From a bacterium (GTDB taxonomy: Bacteria > SAR324 > NAC60-12): a stretch of DNA of 64,000 bases. The DNA lies in contig CBDDTI010000747.1 of the NCBI GenBank assembly GCA_965233585.1, positions 704,001 to 768,000 of the forward strand, given 5' to 3'. This document shows positions 10,181 through 20,601 of this stretch, in pieces (positions within the stretch are counted from its first letter, which is position 1; each line of letters begins with the position of its first letter). The position numbers and the translations under genes were made by a program. Under the pieces are notes generated by a model, which saw only the letters and a program-made list of their open reading frames with translations, was not told where the DNA came from and made no database searches.

Positions 10181-11449
10181 ATGCCAAACATTCAGCATTA
10201 CAGGAAGAAGATTACCAAATTTGGTGTTTATTCACTTGCGATTGCTAGTACCTTTTCTATTGCCGCATCAGAATTTGCAATCATTCTATTGTATTTGGTT
10301 CACGTCAAAGATTTTTTTCAAAGAATACAAAAAAGCCGCGTTCGTTTTGAATTTTGGGTTTTTCTGACCTTCATTGCCACAGTGCTTGTGAGCAGTCTAG
10401 TCAATCCTTACGAACAAAATTTTTTGGAAAGTTTACGTTCGCACTATCGCCTTTTTCTTCCTTTTGTTCTTTATTTTGCAATCCGTTCTGTCAATACGAT
10501 GCTGATTTTCCGTTGTTTTTTTGGAGCATTGGGAATTGTTGCGTGCTATGGAATCGTGCAATATTTTACAGGTTGGGATTTGTTTCGTAGTGTTGAAAAT
10601 AGTGTAGCGACCCCTTATCTTGACCCTAACACTCATTTGCCAACAGGATTTTTTCATGGCAAAGGCAACTACACTCACCATCTGACGTTTGCAGGTGTCT
10701 TACTTTTAGGTCTTCCTCTTGCTTGTAATTTTTGTTTGGAGAAGTTTCTGAAACCGAAAGAGAGACTGTTTTATTTGGTGGTAGCGATTGCTTTGTTTGG
10801 CGGAGTGTTAGCATCTCTTTCAAGGGGGGCATGGCTGGGGCTTGCCGTTGGTTTGTGCTGTTTGGTCTATCGTATCAAAAAACGGGTATTGCTCACTTTG
10901 GTTGTCGTTGTTGCTTTGCTTTTGACAGCACTATCGTTTAATGATAGAGTCCACGATTTAGCAATCGTCAAGAGGGTGAAGTCTGGGTTTGACATTTCGG
11001 CAAATATAGACCGCTTGTTGATGTGGAAATCAGGTTGGTTGGCAATTCAAGACCATTTTTGGTTCGGCATCGGGTATGACAATGATTCTCATGTCATGGA
11101 GTCTTATCGCCAAGAAGTTTTAAAAGGGACTTCTCACACTTTTTACAATTCAACGTCTGCAGGAGTTCATAACATTTATCTGCAAACCTTTTTAAACACA
11201 GGAGTTGTTGGGTTGGTCGCTTATCTTTTTCTATGGGGGGTGGTTCTAAGTCTGCCGTTTCGGTACAAGCCTGAAACTCCTGAAGTGAAAGCAAGAGTTT
11301 TTGGCATTGCAGCAGGGATTGTGAGTTTTTTGGTGGCAGGATTTTTTGAAAATAATTTTCGCGATGGAGAAGTCCAGATCGTCGCCCTGATGATGGTGGC
11401 TCTTGTTTTATACAGCTGTAAACCACCATTGACTCGTAAGCTGGACTAA
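10181..11449 (+). CDS. O-antigen ligase (Wzy_C/WaaL) family membrane protein
   Basis: Multiple transmembrane segments, SLSRGAW, RLLMWKSG, FGIG, HNIYLQ. Confidence 0.85.
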   Translation: MPNIQHYRKKITKFGVYSLAIASTFSIAASEFAIILLYLVHVKDFFQRIQKSRVRFEFWVFLTFIATVLVSSLVNPYEQNFLESLRSHYRLFLPFVLYFAIRSVNTMLIFRCFFGALGIVACYGIVQYFTGWDLFRSVENSVATPYLDPNTHLPTGFFHGKGNYTHHLTFAGVLLLGLPLACNFCLEKFLKPKERLFYLVVAIALFGGVLASLSRGAWLGLAVGLCCLVYRIKKRVLLTLVVVVALLLTALSFNDRVHDLAIVKRVKSGFDISANIDRLLMWKSGWLAIQDHFWFGIGYDNDSHVMESYRQEVLKGTSHTFYNSTSAGVHNIYLQTFLNTGVVGLVAYLFLWGVVLSLPFRYKPETPEVKARVFGIAAGIVSFLVAGFFENNFRDGEVQIVALMMVALVLYSCKPPLTRKLD

Positions 11450-11856
11450 CTTGTGTCGTCTGGGATCACGCCAAAAGTGTCTCGGATCATGTCCCGCATG
11501 TAGTCATCGTTTTCAAGACCAACAAAACGGATTTCTGTCGTGATTTTTTGCAGAATGGAGTTAAGGTCAAGCGGGGTGGTGCTGTTTCTCAACTCTTGAA
11601 CGATGTGCATTTTTTGCAGATTGTAGATCACTTTTTGCCTGAGACGATGTTTGACCCTGTCTAATGTCTCAGGTTTGACATGAGCCAGTGCCAGCTCAAT
11701 TTCGAGTTGGCTGTACCCAATGAGTGATAATTTAGTCCATGTTGCAAAGAGATTGTTGACGTTGGCAGAAGGAGGTTCTTGCCCCATCAATGGACTGAAG
11801 TCTCCTAAAATGAGCAACAGACTCAACACAACACTCACAGTTTGATGTTTAGTCAT
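11446..11856 (-). CDS. Hypothetical exported protein
   Basis: 136-aa ORF with signal-peptide-like N-terminus; fills the intergenic space. Confidence 0.6.
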   Translation of the reverse strand: MTKHQTVSVVLSLLLILGDFSPLMGQEPPSANVNNLFATWTKLSLIGYSQLEIELALAHVKPETLDRVKHRLRQKVIYNLQKMHIVQELRNSTTPLDLNSILQKITTEIRFVGLENDDYMRDMIRDTFGVIPDDTS

Positions 11857-11959
11857 AAATCTAAATATGATAAGACCTTTCTCTTCAACACGATAAAAGA
11901 AGAGTATATTTCATTATCGGCATCTTTTCTAAAATTTTTAACTATTTTCGTAAAAAACT

Positions 11960-14425
11960 ATGAAAGAACAACAACTTGATAAACTTTGGGACTGGCTTGA
12001 ACAAAAAAAGTTAGATATGCCTGATGTTTTGCAATCTATTCAATACAATTTAAGATTTGTGTTGTGTCGGAATCGTAACACAACGAGAATGCACGACATT
12101 TATACCAGCATCGCTTTGTCTGTCCGTGAAAAGCTCCTTGATAACTGGAATCAAACCCAGAAGCAATATTTTGATGGAGAATATAAAAAAATTTACTATC
12201 TTTCTCTTGAATATCTGATTGGCAGAAGCCTCAAAAATCATTTGATTAATCTTGGATTGTATGAAGACTACCGAAAGACTTTAGAAACCTTTGACATTGA
12301 CCTCTCAGAACTACTTGAAGAGGAAGAAGATGCAGGGCTTGGCAATGGAGGTCTAGGACGCCTTGCCGCGTGTTTTTTAGATTCTATGACCACTTTGCAA
12401 CTACCAGCTTATGGCTACGGAATACGTTATGAATACGGAATTTTTACCCAAGAAATTAAAGATGGAGAACAAATAGAACATCCTGACACATGGCTTTCAA
12501 AAGGCTATCCTTGGGAGATTCCGCGTCATGGTCTTGGTGTCAAAGTCAAATTTTATGGACGTGTTGAAGAAGGAGGGAATATAAAAGGAACGTCCTGTTC
12601 TCGTTGGGTGGACACGCAAGATGTGATTGCTATCCCTTATGACCTTCCTATTTCAGGATATGGGACTTCTACAGTCAATAATTTAAGACTTTGGTCAGCA
12701 AAGGCATCAAAAGACTTTGATTTTGACCTCTTCAATGCTGGTGATTTTATGAAAGCTGTTGAACAGAAACAGCAGACTGAGACCATCTCAAAAGTTTTGT
12801 ATCCCAATGACACTGGCTTTATGGGTAAAGAGTTGCGTTTAAAGCAACAATACTTCTTTGTCTCTGCTTCTTTACAGGATATTTTAAGACGATACCGTGC
12901 CAAGTATTCCAGTTTTGACAAGATTGGAGACCACATTGCAATCCAACTAAACGACACGCACCCTGCTATCGCAGTTCCTGAATTTATGCGACTGATGATT
13001 GATGAAGAAGGGCTGTCATGGCAAAAAGCATGGTCTTTGACGCAATCTGTTTTCGCATATACCAATCACACCATCATGTCAGAGGCATTGGAAAAATGGT
13101 CTGTGAACTTGCTGGGAAATCTATTGCCACGCTTGATGCAAATCATTTTTGACATTAACCACTTCTTCATTTTGGAATTGCAAAAAACTTATCCAAATGA
13201 CGATCAAATCATCAAACAACTTTCTTTGATTGAAGAATCTGAAGAACAGCAAGTTCGCATGGCACATCTTGCAATCATCGGTAGCCACACGGTCAATGGC
13301 GTTTCTGCATTGCACACAGAGCTTTTGAAACAAACGATTTTCAGTGAATTTCACAAAATGAATCCTAAAAAAATTCAGAATAAAACTAATGGCATCACTC
13401 CCCGATTGTGGTTGAAGGAGGCGAATCCTTCGCTGTCTCAACTCATTGATTCTAAAATTGGGAACTCATGGACATTAAAACTTTCTGACTTAGCTCAGCT
13501 TGAAAAATTTGCTGATGATGAAGATTTTCAACAGTCATGGAAGCAAGTGAAGAAAGAGAATAAGAAGGCGCTGGCAAAGTATTTGAAGGGGCGGCATGGA
13601 TTGGTTGACCCGAACACCATGTTTGATGTGCAAGTCAAGCGGATTCACGAATACAAACGGCAGTTGCTTAATATTTTACATGCAATCATCGTTTACAATC
13701 GCATCAAAAACAATCCAAGCGAAAAACGGACTCCACGCACTGTGATGATAGGAGGCAAAGCCGCACCGGGTTACTACATGGCAAAGCTCATTATTCATCT
13801 AGCCAATGATGTTGGCAAACGACTTAATGCAGACCCATTATCAAAGGACTTGCTTAATTTCATCTTTCTTGAAAATTACAATGTCTCTTTTGCTGAAAAA
13901 ATCATTCCTGCCACTGAAATCTCACAACAAATCTCTACTGCTGGAACAGAGGCATCAGGGACAAGTAACATGAAATTCTGTCTCAATGGTGCGATGCTTC
14001 TTGGCACGATGGACGGGGCAAACATTGAAATCACTGAAGAGATTGGGCGGGAAAATATTTTTATCTTTGGCATGGAAGAGTCTGAAGTCACGTCATTGAG
14101 GAATCAAGGCTATCGGTCAAAAGATTTTATCAATGATGAAGTACAAGAGGCGTTAGACATGATTGCTAAAGGATTCTTTAATCCTGATGAACCTGACCGT
14201 TACATTGACGTTTACAACAACTTGGTTTATCAAGACCATTACATGCTTTTGGCAGATTTGCAAAGTTACATTGATTGTCAGCAAGAGGTGGAGTCTGCCT
14301 ATCAAGACCGCAAAAAATGGCTGCGCATGTCTATTCTCAACGTGGCGAGAATTGGCAAATTTTCCAGCGACCGCACCATTGATGAATATGCACGGCAAAT
14401 CTGGAACGTCAGACCTATACAATAA
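11960..14425 (+). CDS. glgP: Glycogen/alpha-glucan phosphorylase
   Basis: GLGNGGLGRLAACF, QLNDTHP, KRIHEYKRQ, EASGTSNMK (PLP-binding Lys). Confidence 0.96.
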   Translation: MKEQQLDKLWDWLEQKKLDMPDVLQSIQYNLRFVLCRNRNTTRMHDIYTSIALSVREKLLDNWNQTQKQYFDGEYKKIYYLSLEYLIGRSLKNHLINLGLYEDYRKTLETFDIDLSELLEEEEDAGLGNGGLGRLAACFLDSMTTLQLPAYGYGIRYEYGIFTQEIKDGEQIEHPDTWLSKGYPWEIPRHGLGVKVKFYGRVEEGGNIKGTSCSRWVDTQDVIAIPYDLPISGYGTSTVNNLRLWSAKASKDFDFDLFNAGDFMKAVEQKQQTETISKVLYPNDTGFMGKELRLKQQYFFVSASLQDILRRYRAKYSSFDKIGDHIAIQLNDTHPAIAVPEFMRLMIDEEGLSWQKAWSLTQSVFAYTNHTIMSEALEKWSVNLLGNLLPRLMQIIFDINHFFILELQKTYPNDDQIIKQLSLIEESEEQQVRMAHLAIIGSHTVNGVSALHTELLKQTIFSEFHKMNPKKIQNKTNGITPRLWLKEANPSLSQLIDSKIGNSWTLKLSDLAQLEKFADDEDFQQSWKQVKKENKKALAKYLKGRHGLVDPNTMFDVQVKRIHEYKRQLLNILHAIIVYNRIKNNPSEKRTPRTVMIGGKAAPGYYMAKLIIHLANDVGKRLNADPLSKDLLNFIFLENYNVSFAEKIIPATEISQQISTAGTEASGTSNMKFCLNGAMLLGTMDGANIEITEEIGRENIFIFGMEESEVTSLRNQGYRSKDFINDEVQEALDMIAKGFFNPDEPDRYIDVYNNLVYQDHYMLLADLQSYIDCQQEVESAYQDRKKWLRMSILNVARIGKFSSDRTIDEYARQIWNVRPIQ

Positions 14426-14506
14426 AGTCTGAAACTGAAAGAGGTTGATATAACACGGTACTATGACAAGGTTGAACAACTTTTTAAAACTGTAAAAATC
14501 TGTTCC

Positions 14507-15370
14507 ATGCTACATCAGACCAATTTATTAGACCAAATAGACCACCTTGCTCACAGAAAAATAGAGTTAAATACTATTTATACGGAAGATTGTTTGGAGA
14601 CGATGAAAATGATGCCTTCCAATTTTTTAGACATGACGATCACATCTCCACCTTATGACGACATGAGAGGTTACGAGGGGAATCATTCAGTGCCATTTCA
14701 ATCTATTGCAAAAAGTCTTTATAGAGTGACGAAAAATGGAGGCATCGTGGTTTGGGTGATAGGAGACCAGACTAAAAATTGGAATGAAACAGGGATTTCT
14801 TTTAAACATGCCCTTTGTTTTAAGGATGTAGGTTTCAACTTGTTTGATACGATGATTTATTTAAAAACTCCCAGAGGGGCGTGCGGTAACAACCAAAGTT
14901 ATTGGCAAACTTTTGAATACATGTTTGTCTTTAGCAAAGGAAAGCCCAAGACAATCAATTTGATTTGTGATCGTGAGAATAAAGAAAGTCGCAAAGGAGA
15001 TAGTGGCACAAAAAGACTACATAACGGGGAACTTTACAATCACCATCGTGGAGGGTATAACAAGTTTGGCAGAAGAACCAATGTTTGGGAGTATCAAGTC
15101 GGTCGTGGTCATAGTACGAAAGATGAAATTGCTTTCAAGCACCCTGCTATTTACCCTGAAAAACTTGTAGAAGATCATTTAATCTCTTGGAGTCAGGAAG
15201 GTGATGTCGTGTATGACCCCTTCATGGGTTCTGGAACCACGGCTAAGATTTGTAAGCTCAAAAACAGATATTACATTGGTAGTGAGATTAATCCTAAATA
15301 TGTAGAATATGCAAAAGAAAGGCTGTCGTGGTATCAAAATATGACATGGGACAGCTCAAAGATGATGTGA
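14507..15370 (+). CDS. Site-specific DNA amino-methyltransferase (beta class, N4-C/N6-A)
   Basis: Motif IV TSPPY near the N-terminus, HPAIYP, motif I DPFMGSGTT near the C-terminus. Confidence 0.9.
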   Translation: MLHQTNLLDQIDHLAHRKIELNTIYTEDCLETMKMMPSNFLDMTITSPPYDDMRGYEGNHSVPFQSIAKSLYRVTKNGGIVVWVIGDQTKNWNETGISFKHALCFKDVGFNLFDTMIYLKTPRGACGNNQSYWQTFEYMFVFSKGKPKTINLICDRENKESRKGDSGTKRLHNGELYNHHRGGYNKFGRRTNVWEYQVGRGHSTKDEIAFKHPAIYPEKLVEDHLISWSQEGDVVYDPFMGSGTTAKICKLKNRYYIGSEINPKYVEYAKERLSWYQNMTWDSSKMM

Positions 15371-15392
15371 ATATTTTAAAAAGGGCAATAGA

Positions 15393-15731
15393 ATGGATAA
15401 AGGGAACACTGAAGAGATGAATGTCGTTAAGGCTACCAGCACACAAATCATTAAGCAACTCACTGAGGCGTTCCAATCTCAAAAGAAGGTGAGGCTGAAG
15501 CATAACGAGTTTCTACTGGTCGGTATGATTGTTGATTATCAAGATTTAGATTTGTGTGATCGCATCAGAAAACAGTTTCAACTTCAGCTATCTTTGCAAG
15601 AAATAAGTATTTTTTTGATTTGTTATGAACAATTTTTAGGCTTTCAGCTGATGAGCAAGCACTCTGACCAAATAGAATTGATGCTTAACTATCAAATCCC
15701 TTATCATGAAGTCAGTCTTGAGTTGCTGTAA
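15393..15731 (+). CDS. Hypothetical protein
   Basis: 112-aa ORF co-oriented with its neighbours; no motif recognised. Confidence 0.5.
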   Translation: MDKGNTEEMNVVKATSTQIIKQLTEAFQSQKKVRLKHNEFLLVGMIVDYQDLDLCDRIRKQFQLQLSLQEISIFLICYEQFLGFQLMSKHSDQIELMLNYQIPYHEVSLELL

Positions 15732-16560
15732 ATGGTTTGGGACGTCATTTATAGCAATTTTCCTGTCTGTTCGCTTATTTGCGCAAGGCACTGAATTTTT
15801 GGGAGAAGACGAGACACCGCCTGCCTTGCCCCAAATACCCAATCAACAACCTGTGCCTGCTGCACCAGCAGAAGAAGCACCGCCAACCTTGCCCCAAGCA
15901 ACTCCTGCTTTACCCCAAATTTCACAATGGATTGATCTCATTTTTTTGATGGACGTTTCTGGATCAATGGAACGCACTTTGCCTGATTCCAGAGGATTGA
16001 ACAAACTTGATGCAGCAAAGACGATTTTGATTGGCATGATTCCATCGTTACGTGAAACAATCCGCTTTCAGCTGTGGACTTTCAGTAGCAGGATAGACAA
16101 GCTCAAAAACTCACCTGCTGTCAAACCTCCTCCTTTGAGTCCTATTTTTGAGCCTATTGGCAAGCCTGATTCCATTGCAAGAAAACACCTCACAGCAGAA
16201 ATTCAGAAAATTCAACCGCCCGGCGATTTTGCATTGCGAACCAATCTTTATCATGCTGTCAATGATACTATTTTTTATTTTCAATCTGCTTTATACCAAG
16301 CCCCACAGAATCAAACGCCAATTAAAACCATTGTGTTACTTTCTGATGGGCAAGATGACAATTTGTCGCCTATCACTCTTGGAATTGTGATGAGTACAAA
16401 AATCAAATTCCCAGATGTTGACATCAGAGCCATTGGTTATACAATTTCCAAAGATGATGAATTTTTTCAAGTCCTTTGCCAGATTGCATCAAAGAACCAA
16501 TGTGTGACTGCAAATAATTGGGCAGAACTTAAAAAAATGATTCAACTGTTTATCAATTAA
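15706..16560 (+). CDS. Exported von Willebrand factor A domain protein with a Pro-rich linker
   Basis: MIDAS motif DVSGS, TNLYHA, VLLSDGQD; signal peptide followed by PALPQ/PTLPQ repeats. Confidence 0.85.
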   Translation: MKSVLSCCKWFGTSFIAIFLSVRLFAQGTEFLGEDETPPALPQIPNQQPVPAAPAEEAPPTLPQATPALPQISQWIDLIFLMDVSGSMERTLPDSRGLNKLDAAKTILIGMIPSLRETIRFQLWTFSSRIDKLKNSPAVKPPPLSPIFEPIGKPDSIARKHLTAEIQKIQPPGDFALRTNLYHAVNDTIFYFQSALYQAPQNQTPIKTIVLLSDGQDDNLSPITLGIVMSTKIKFPDVDIRAIGYTISKDDEFFQVLCQIASKNQCVTANNWAELKKMIQLFIN

Positions 16561-16803
16561 ACTTAGCTAGTGGATTCCCCATTGAATCAATATTCAGTCA
16601 ATCCTAAAAATAAAATTTTCTAGGATTATTGAGTTATCTGGCATTCACCGATTGAAAAGAACTTATGTTTCAGAAGCATTTTTATTAATTTACGCAAAGT
16701 GAATGCAACAATGTCCCATAGGTTATTTAAATGTTAAAAATTTACAGAATCACAAACAGCATTATCTACAAAGCACAAAAAATATAGTGAATGGATAAAG
16801 GTT

Positions 16804-18051
16804 ATGTCTAAAAATAAAAATGTATTTGTGGTTGTTTCCATTGACGGTATTATAACGCTGGAATGTGGTATAGGCATTGTGGTTGCTGATTTTTTTGATA
16901 ATATATGCCAGTTTGACTACTTTGACAATCGGGATATATTCGCCATTTCCCCTGATGTGTGTCATACATCAGCAGATTACAGGCAAGACATATTTCGTAA
17001 GGTTGCCAATGTGTGTGCGGTACACAATGGGGATATACTAACTTATGCTGTGCCTGATAATAGCAGTCTTAAAAACGCTTGGGGATTACAAGACATTCAA
17101 AATTGGCAAAATGCTTGCGTAAAAACAGCTGAATTGATTAAAGGAATTGCACAATCCTATGACACTGTGACGGTTGTTGTACATGGTATTATGCTTGCCA
17201 ATGTTCGTTCTTATATCTCTAATCCTAATGTGCAAATTATCTTTGTGGCACATAGCTTGGGTATGGCGGGCAATGATGCCCTTGCCCAGCAACGGATTGA
17301 TTGGGAGGAAAAAGGATTTTTTGCATTGCAACAATACTCTATGGATAAAATCGCATATGTCAGTTATTTTACCAAGGCACTATTAGAACGCAATTATGCC
17401 GTTGATTCGCAGTATTTGATTCCTTGTTTAAATGGCGTGTGGACGCAAAATCCTAAATACAATATTTCTGAACACACACAGCAACAAACCCTACAATCTT
17501 ACGGTATTCAAGACGATATACCTTTGCTGTTTTCATGGGGCAGGTGTGTTCCAAGTAAGCATTTTGATAAAATCATTGATGGGTGGGCTAGGTTTTGCCA
17601 ACAGCACCCCGATGCGACGGAATGTTTGGTATTATTGATGCCCAGTGCAGTGGTGGCAGATGCTTACAAAGATATGCTGATGGATAAAATTCGGGGTATT
17701 CCGTCCCATAGGATTAGGGCTGTATTTGATTTTTCTGATACGCTTCCTATATCTATGTTAAAGCATAAAAATCTAAAAACGGTGATATTTGCCAGCGAAT
17801 TTGAAAGCTACATGCTGACTGCTGCCGAATCTTTGGCATTTTGTGCAAAGGATGTGCAACATGTTTTTTATTCTATTCCACCGTTGGAAGAACAGTACGC
17901 CCATATGGATAACGCTCACAGGTTCACCACATATGCGGACACAGAAATTGTTGATGTTATCAAACAATCGCTACACAGCACACACCAAGGGAGCAACACG
18001 CCCCCAGATTTTGTCAACAAAATGCGACAGTTTTTAAAATGTATAATATAG
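16804..18051 (+). CDS. Glycosyltransferase, GT-B/GT4-like
   Basis: SWGRCVPSK (Arg/Lys nucleotide-sugar binding) and E-x7-E motif ESYMLTAAE. Confidence 0.65.
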   Translation: MSKNKNVFVVVSIDGIITLECGIGIVVADFFDNICQFDYFDNRDIFAISPDVCHTSADYRQDIFRKVANVCAVHNGDILTYAVPDNSSLKNAWGLQDIQNWQNACVKTAELIKGIAQSYDTVTVVVHGIMLANVRSYISNPNVQIIFVAHSLGMAGNDALAQQRIDWEEKGFFALQQYSMDKIAYVSYFTKALLERNYAVDSQYLIPCLNGVWTQNPKYNISEHTQQQTLQSYGIQDDIPLLFSWGRCVPSKHFDKIIDGWARFCQQHPDATECLVLLMPSAVVADAYKDMLMDKIRGIPSHRIRAVFDFSDTLPISMLKHKNLKTVIFASEFESYMLTAAESLAFCAKDVQHVFYSIPPLEEQYAHMDNAHRFTTYADTEIVDVIKQSLHSTHQGSNTPPDFVNKMRQFLKCII

Positions 18052-18124
18052 GGTTTGGTATAGACAATTAACCTATAATATTTTTTAGCTCACTGTTTTA
18101 ATTGTCTTTTTTTGGTACAACCTT

Positions 18125-18550
18125 CTAGGAAGAAAGAGCTTGTCCTTCAGCATCATAAATTTGTTGAAGGACTTTATTGACAAGTGGGGCAGATTCGTTG
18201 TTGATAAATTCTCTTGAAAGAATGATGGCTTCATTGATTAAAACCTTCATTGGTGTTTTGACCCAAAGCATTTCATAAGTTGCTAACAATAGCAGATGAC
18301 GTAGCAGCATTGTCATTTTCTCCAGTTTCCAACCTGTCATGTTTTTTCTGATAAGTCCTTCTATTTGAACTTGATGACCAAAAACTCCAAAAATTAGATC
18401 ACTTGCAAATGCTTTGACTTCTTGACTCGTTTGACTTCTTTGCAGAAAGTCATTCACAGCATCATGATCTTCTTGAATTTCTGCAAGATAAAGCAAAGCC
18501 AGTGCATATTGTCTGGCTTTATGTCTTTGTTTCTTTAGCGTTTTTTTCAA
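18125..18550 (-). CDS. nusB: Transcription antitermination factor NusB
   Basis: RHKARQYALALLY, GWKLEKM, INEAI, VNKVL. Confidence 0.85.
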   Translation of the reverse strand: MKKTLKKQRHKARQYALALLYLAEIQEDHDAVNDFLQRSQTSQEVKAFASDLIFGVFGHQVQIEGLIRKNMTGWKLEKMTMLLRHLLLLATYEMLWVKTPMKVLINEAIILSREFINNESAPLVNKVLQQIYDAEGQALSS

Positions 18551-18557
18551 ATTCTCC

Positions 18558-19844
18558 TTACGATAACTCTTGGTAAATTTGCTTGGCTAGTTCTTGGTTG
18601 TATCCATGCGATGTCATGTTGGCATAAATTCTTCCACGAACTGGAAAACCTAGAAGATAGAGGTCTCCTAGTAAATCAAGGATTTTATGCCGTACAAATT
18701 CGTCTGGAAAACGTAATTCTGTGTTCAATGCTCTGCCTTCATGCAAGATGATGTGAGAATTAAGGTAACCGCCTCCTACCTTGCCTAATTTTTGAGCCAT
18801 GTCAATATTTTCAAAAGTATTAAAAGAACGTGCAGGGGCAATTTCAGTCACAAAATCATTCGTTTTGACATTAAACGTCAGACATTGTTCATGGATAGGT
18901 GCAGGATAATCCACCCTCATTTGAACTTCAAAACCATCGTAAGGCTCAATGAACAGATGCTTTTCTTCAATAGATTCTTGCCCCACTAAGATTTTTTTAT
19001 TGATCACAATCTCTTTCCATTTTTCAGATTGGGGAACAACTTCTGCCTGTTGAATCAAATCACAAAAATCTTTGGCAGAACCATCAATGTTAGGAATTTC
19101 TTCATCAACTTTGATGAGAGCATTGGAAACCCTCATCATGTAAAGTGCTGACATCAGATGCTCCACCGTCCGTGCCTTCTTGCCTAATGCTGAAACTGCT
19201 GTTGAATTTGCTGTAAACGTTTGAGCATTTTGTGCATAGGAATCCAAAGCTGTAACATGGGCAGGAATCATTTGACCATCAAGGGATTGAAAGACAATGC
19301 CTCGGTTTTCTTCCAAAGGACTAATGATGATGCCCGTCCTGCGACCTGTTAGTAGCCCGACACCATTTAATACAACATTTTTTTTGACAGTGCATTGCAG
19401 TTGGTCAATGTTTTTCAAACAGGCAGCACCGTTATTTGGGAGGTTGAGATGTTGTTGAGAAGGGTTGGAGGCTCTTTTTTGATTAGGCAGATTGAGAATA
19501 AAACTGATTTTTCCAAGTAAACTTTCCAGTTGAAAAGGTTTTTCTAAAAAATCAGAGGCTCCCATTTTGATTGCATTGACAGCAGAATCAATGCCCGCAT
19601 GTCCACTCATCATAATAATAGGAATGTTTGGAAAATTTTGACGAAACACCTTCAGTAGTTCCATGCCATCGGTACCGGGCAACCAAATATCCAAAAGCAT
19701 CAAGTCAGGCTGTTGTGCTTGAAGGGCTTCCTGAATCAGGTCAGCATTGTAAAAAACTTTGGTTTCATATCCTTCATCGTGCAAGATTTCCTCTAACATG
19801 GAGCAAATCACACGTTCATCATCAACAATATAAATCAATCCCAT
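18558..19844 (-). CDS. lpxC: Receiver-domain / UDP-3-O-acyl-GlcNAc deacetylase fusion
   Basis: N-terminal REC domain (VDDE, LLDIWLP, SGH, EKP). C-terminal LpxC domain (TVEHLMSAL, EIAPARSF, RHKILDLLGDL, SH). Confidence 0.9.
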   Translation of the reverse strand: MGLIYIVDDERVICSMLEEILHDEGYETKVFYNADLIQEALQAQQPDLMLLDIWLPGTDGMELLKVFRQNFPNIPIIMMSGHAGIDSAVNAIKMGASDFLEKPFQLESLLGKISFILNLPNQKRASNPSQQHLNLPNNGAACLKNIDQLQCTVKKNVVLNGVGLLTGRRTGIIISPLEENRGIVFQSLDGQMIPAHVTALDSYAQNAQTFTANSTAVSALGKKARTVEHLMSALYMMRVSNALIKVDEEIPNIDGSAKDFCDLIQQAEVVPQSEKWKEIVINKKILVGQESIEEKHLFIEPYDGFEVQMRVDYPAPIHEQCLTFNVKTNDFVTEIAPARSFNTFENIDMAQKLGKVGGGYLNSHIILHEGRALNTELRFPDEFVRHKILDLLGDLYLLGFPVRGRIYANMTSHGYNQELAKQIYQELS

Positions 19845-19860
19845 CAGTTTTTTCCCAAGT

Positions 19861-20598
19861 TTAAAAGTTGAGTTTGTCTAACTCTTTGTTAGAAGGAGAA
19901 GATAATTTTTGCTGGTAGCGACGTTCAAAGTTAGAATCGTTACTTCGTTTCAAGACACTATCATTGAGCGTCATAGCAAATTGTGTTCTGGATTGGTCAA
20001 GTGAGACTGTGAAGTAGGTAAAATAGTTGTCAGTCGTTTCATTTTGACAAAATGTGTTTTCTTTGACCATCAAACATTGTCCCCAACAGACTTCAAGAAT
20101 CTTTGAGGCATTTGGGTCTCTAAACAATGCAACAGGGTTGCCATATCTGCTAACCAGCCTTTCAAATAAATCTTGGTCAGACACTGAGGCTTGAAAATAC
20201 CTTGAATAAATCACTTGATAAAGCTGTTGTTGAGCAGTAAACAAGAGCAAAATTTTTTCTGATGAATTGGAAACTTCTGCATGGTATTCATAAAGCTGGT
20301 TATGTTTTTTGATGGTTTGTAATGAGTCAAACGGCTGAATGTTTTTTGCAGCAGAAAGACTCATGCCTAAATGCAGGTTTTGAATGGTATAACGTCTCAT
20401 CAAAGGAGGTTTTTCATTTTCAGGGAAATTTGGACGAAAAGTGGAGCAATCTACCTGTGAAGCTGGTTGTTGTTCTTGTGCAAGACTAGCAGAGTTCAGC
20501 AAGCACAAGACAATCAAAATGAAAAAAAATTTGAAAGCCCCAACAGAACCGATAGTATTTTTTTTGTTTAAAAAAAGGGTAGGCGTCATGGAAGTCAA
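19861..20598 (-). CDS. Hypothetical exported protein
   Basis: 245-aa ORF with signal-peptide-like segment, in operon spacing with its neighbours. Confidence 0.6.
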   Translation of the reverse strand: MTSMTPTLFLNKKNTIGSVGAFKFFFILIVLCLLNSASLAQEQQPASQVDCSTFRPNFPENEKPPLMRRYTIQNLHLGMSLSAAKNIQPFDSLQTIKKHNQLYEYHAEVSNSSEKILLLFTAQQQLYQVIYSRYFQASVSDQDLFERLVSRYGNPVALFRDPNASKILEVCWGQCLMVKENTFCQNETTDNYFTYFTVSLDQSRTQFAMTLNDSVLKRSNDSNFERRYQQKLSSPSNKELDKLNF

Positions 20599-20601
20599 AA
20601 A

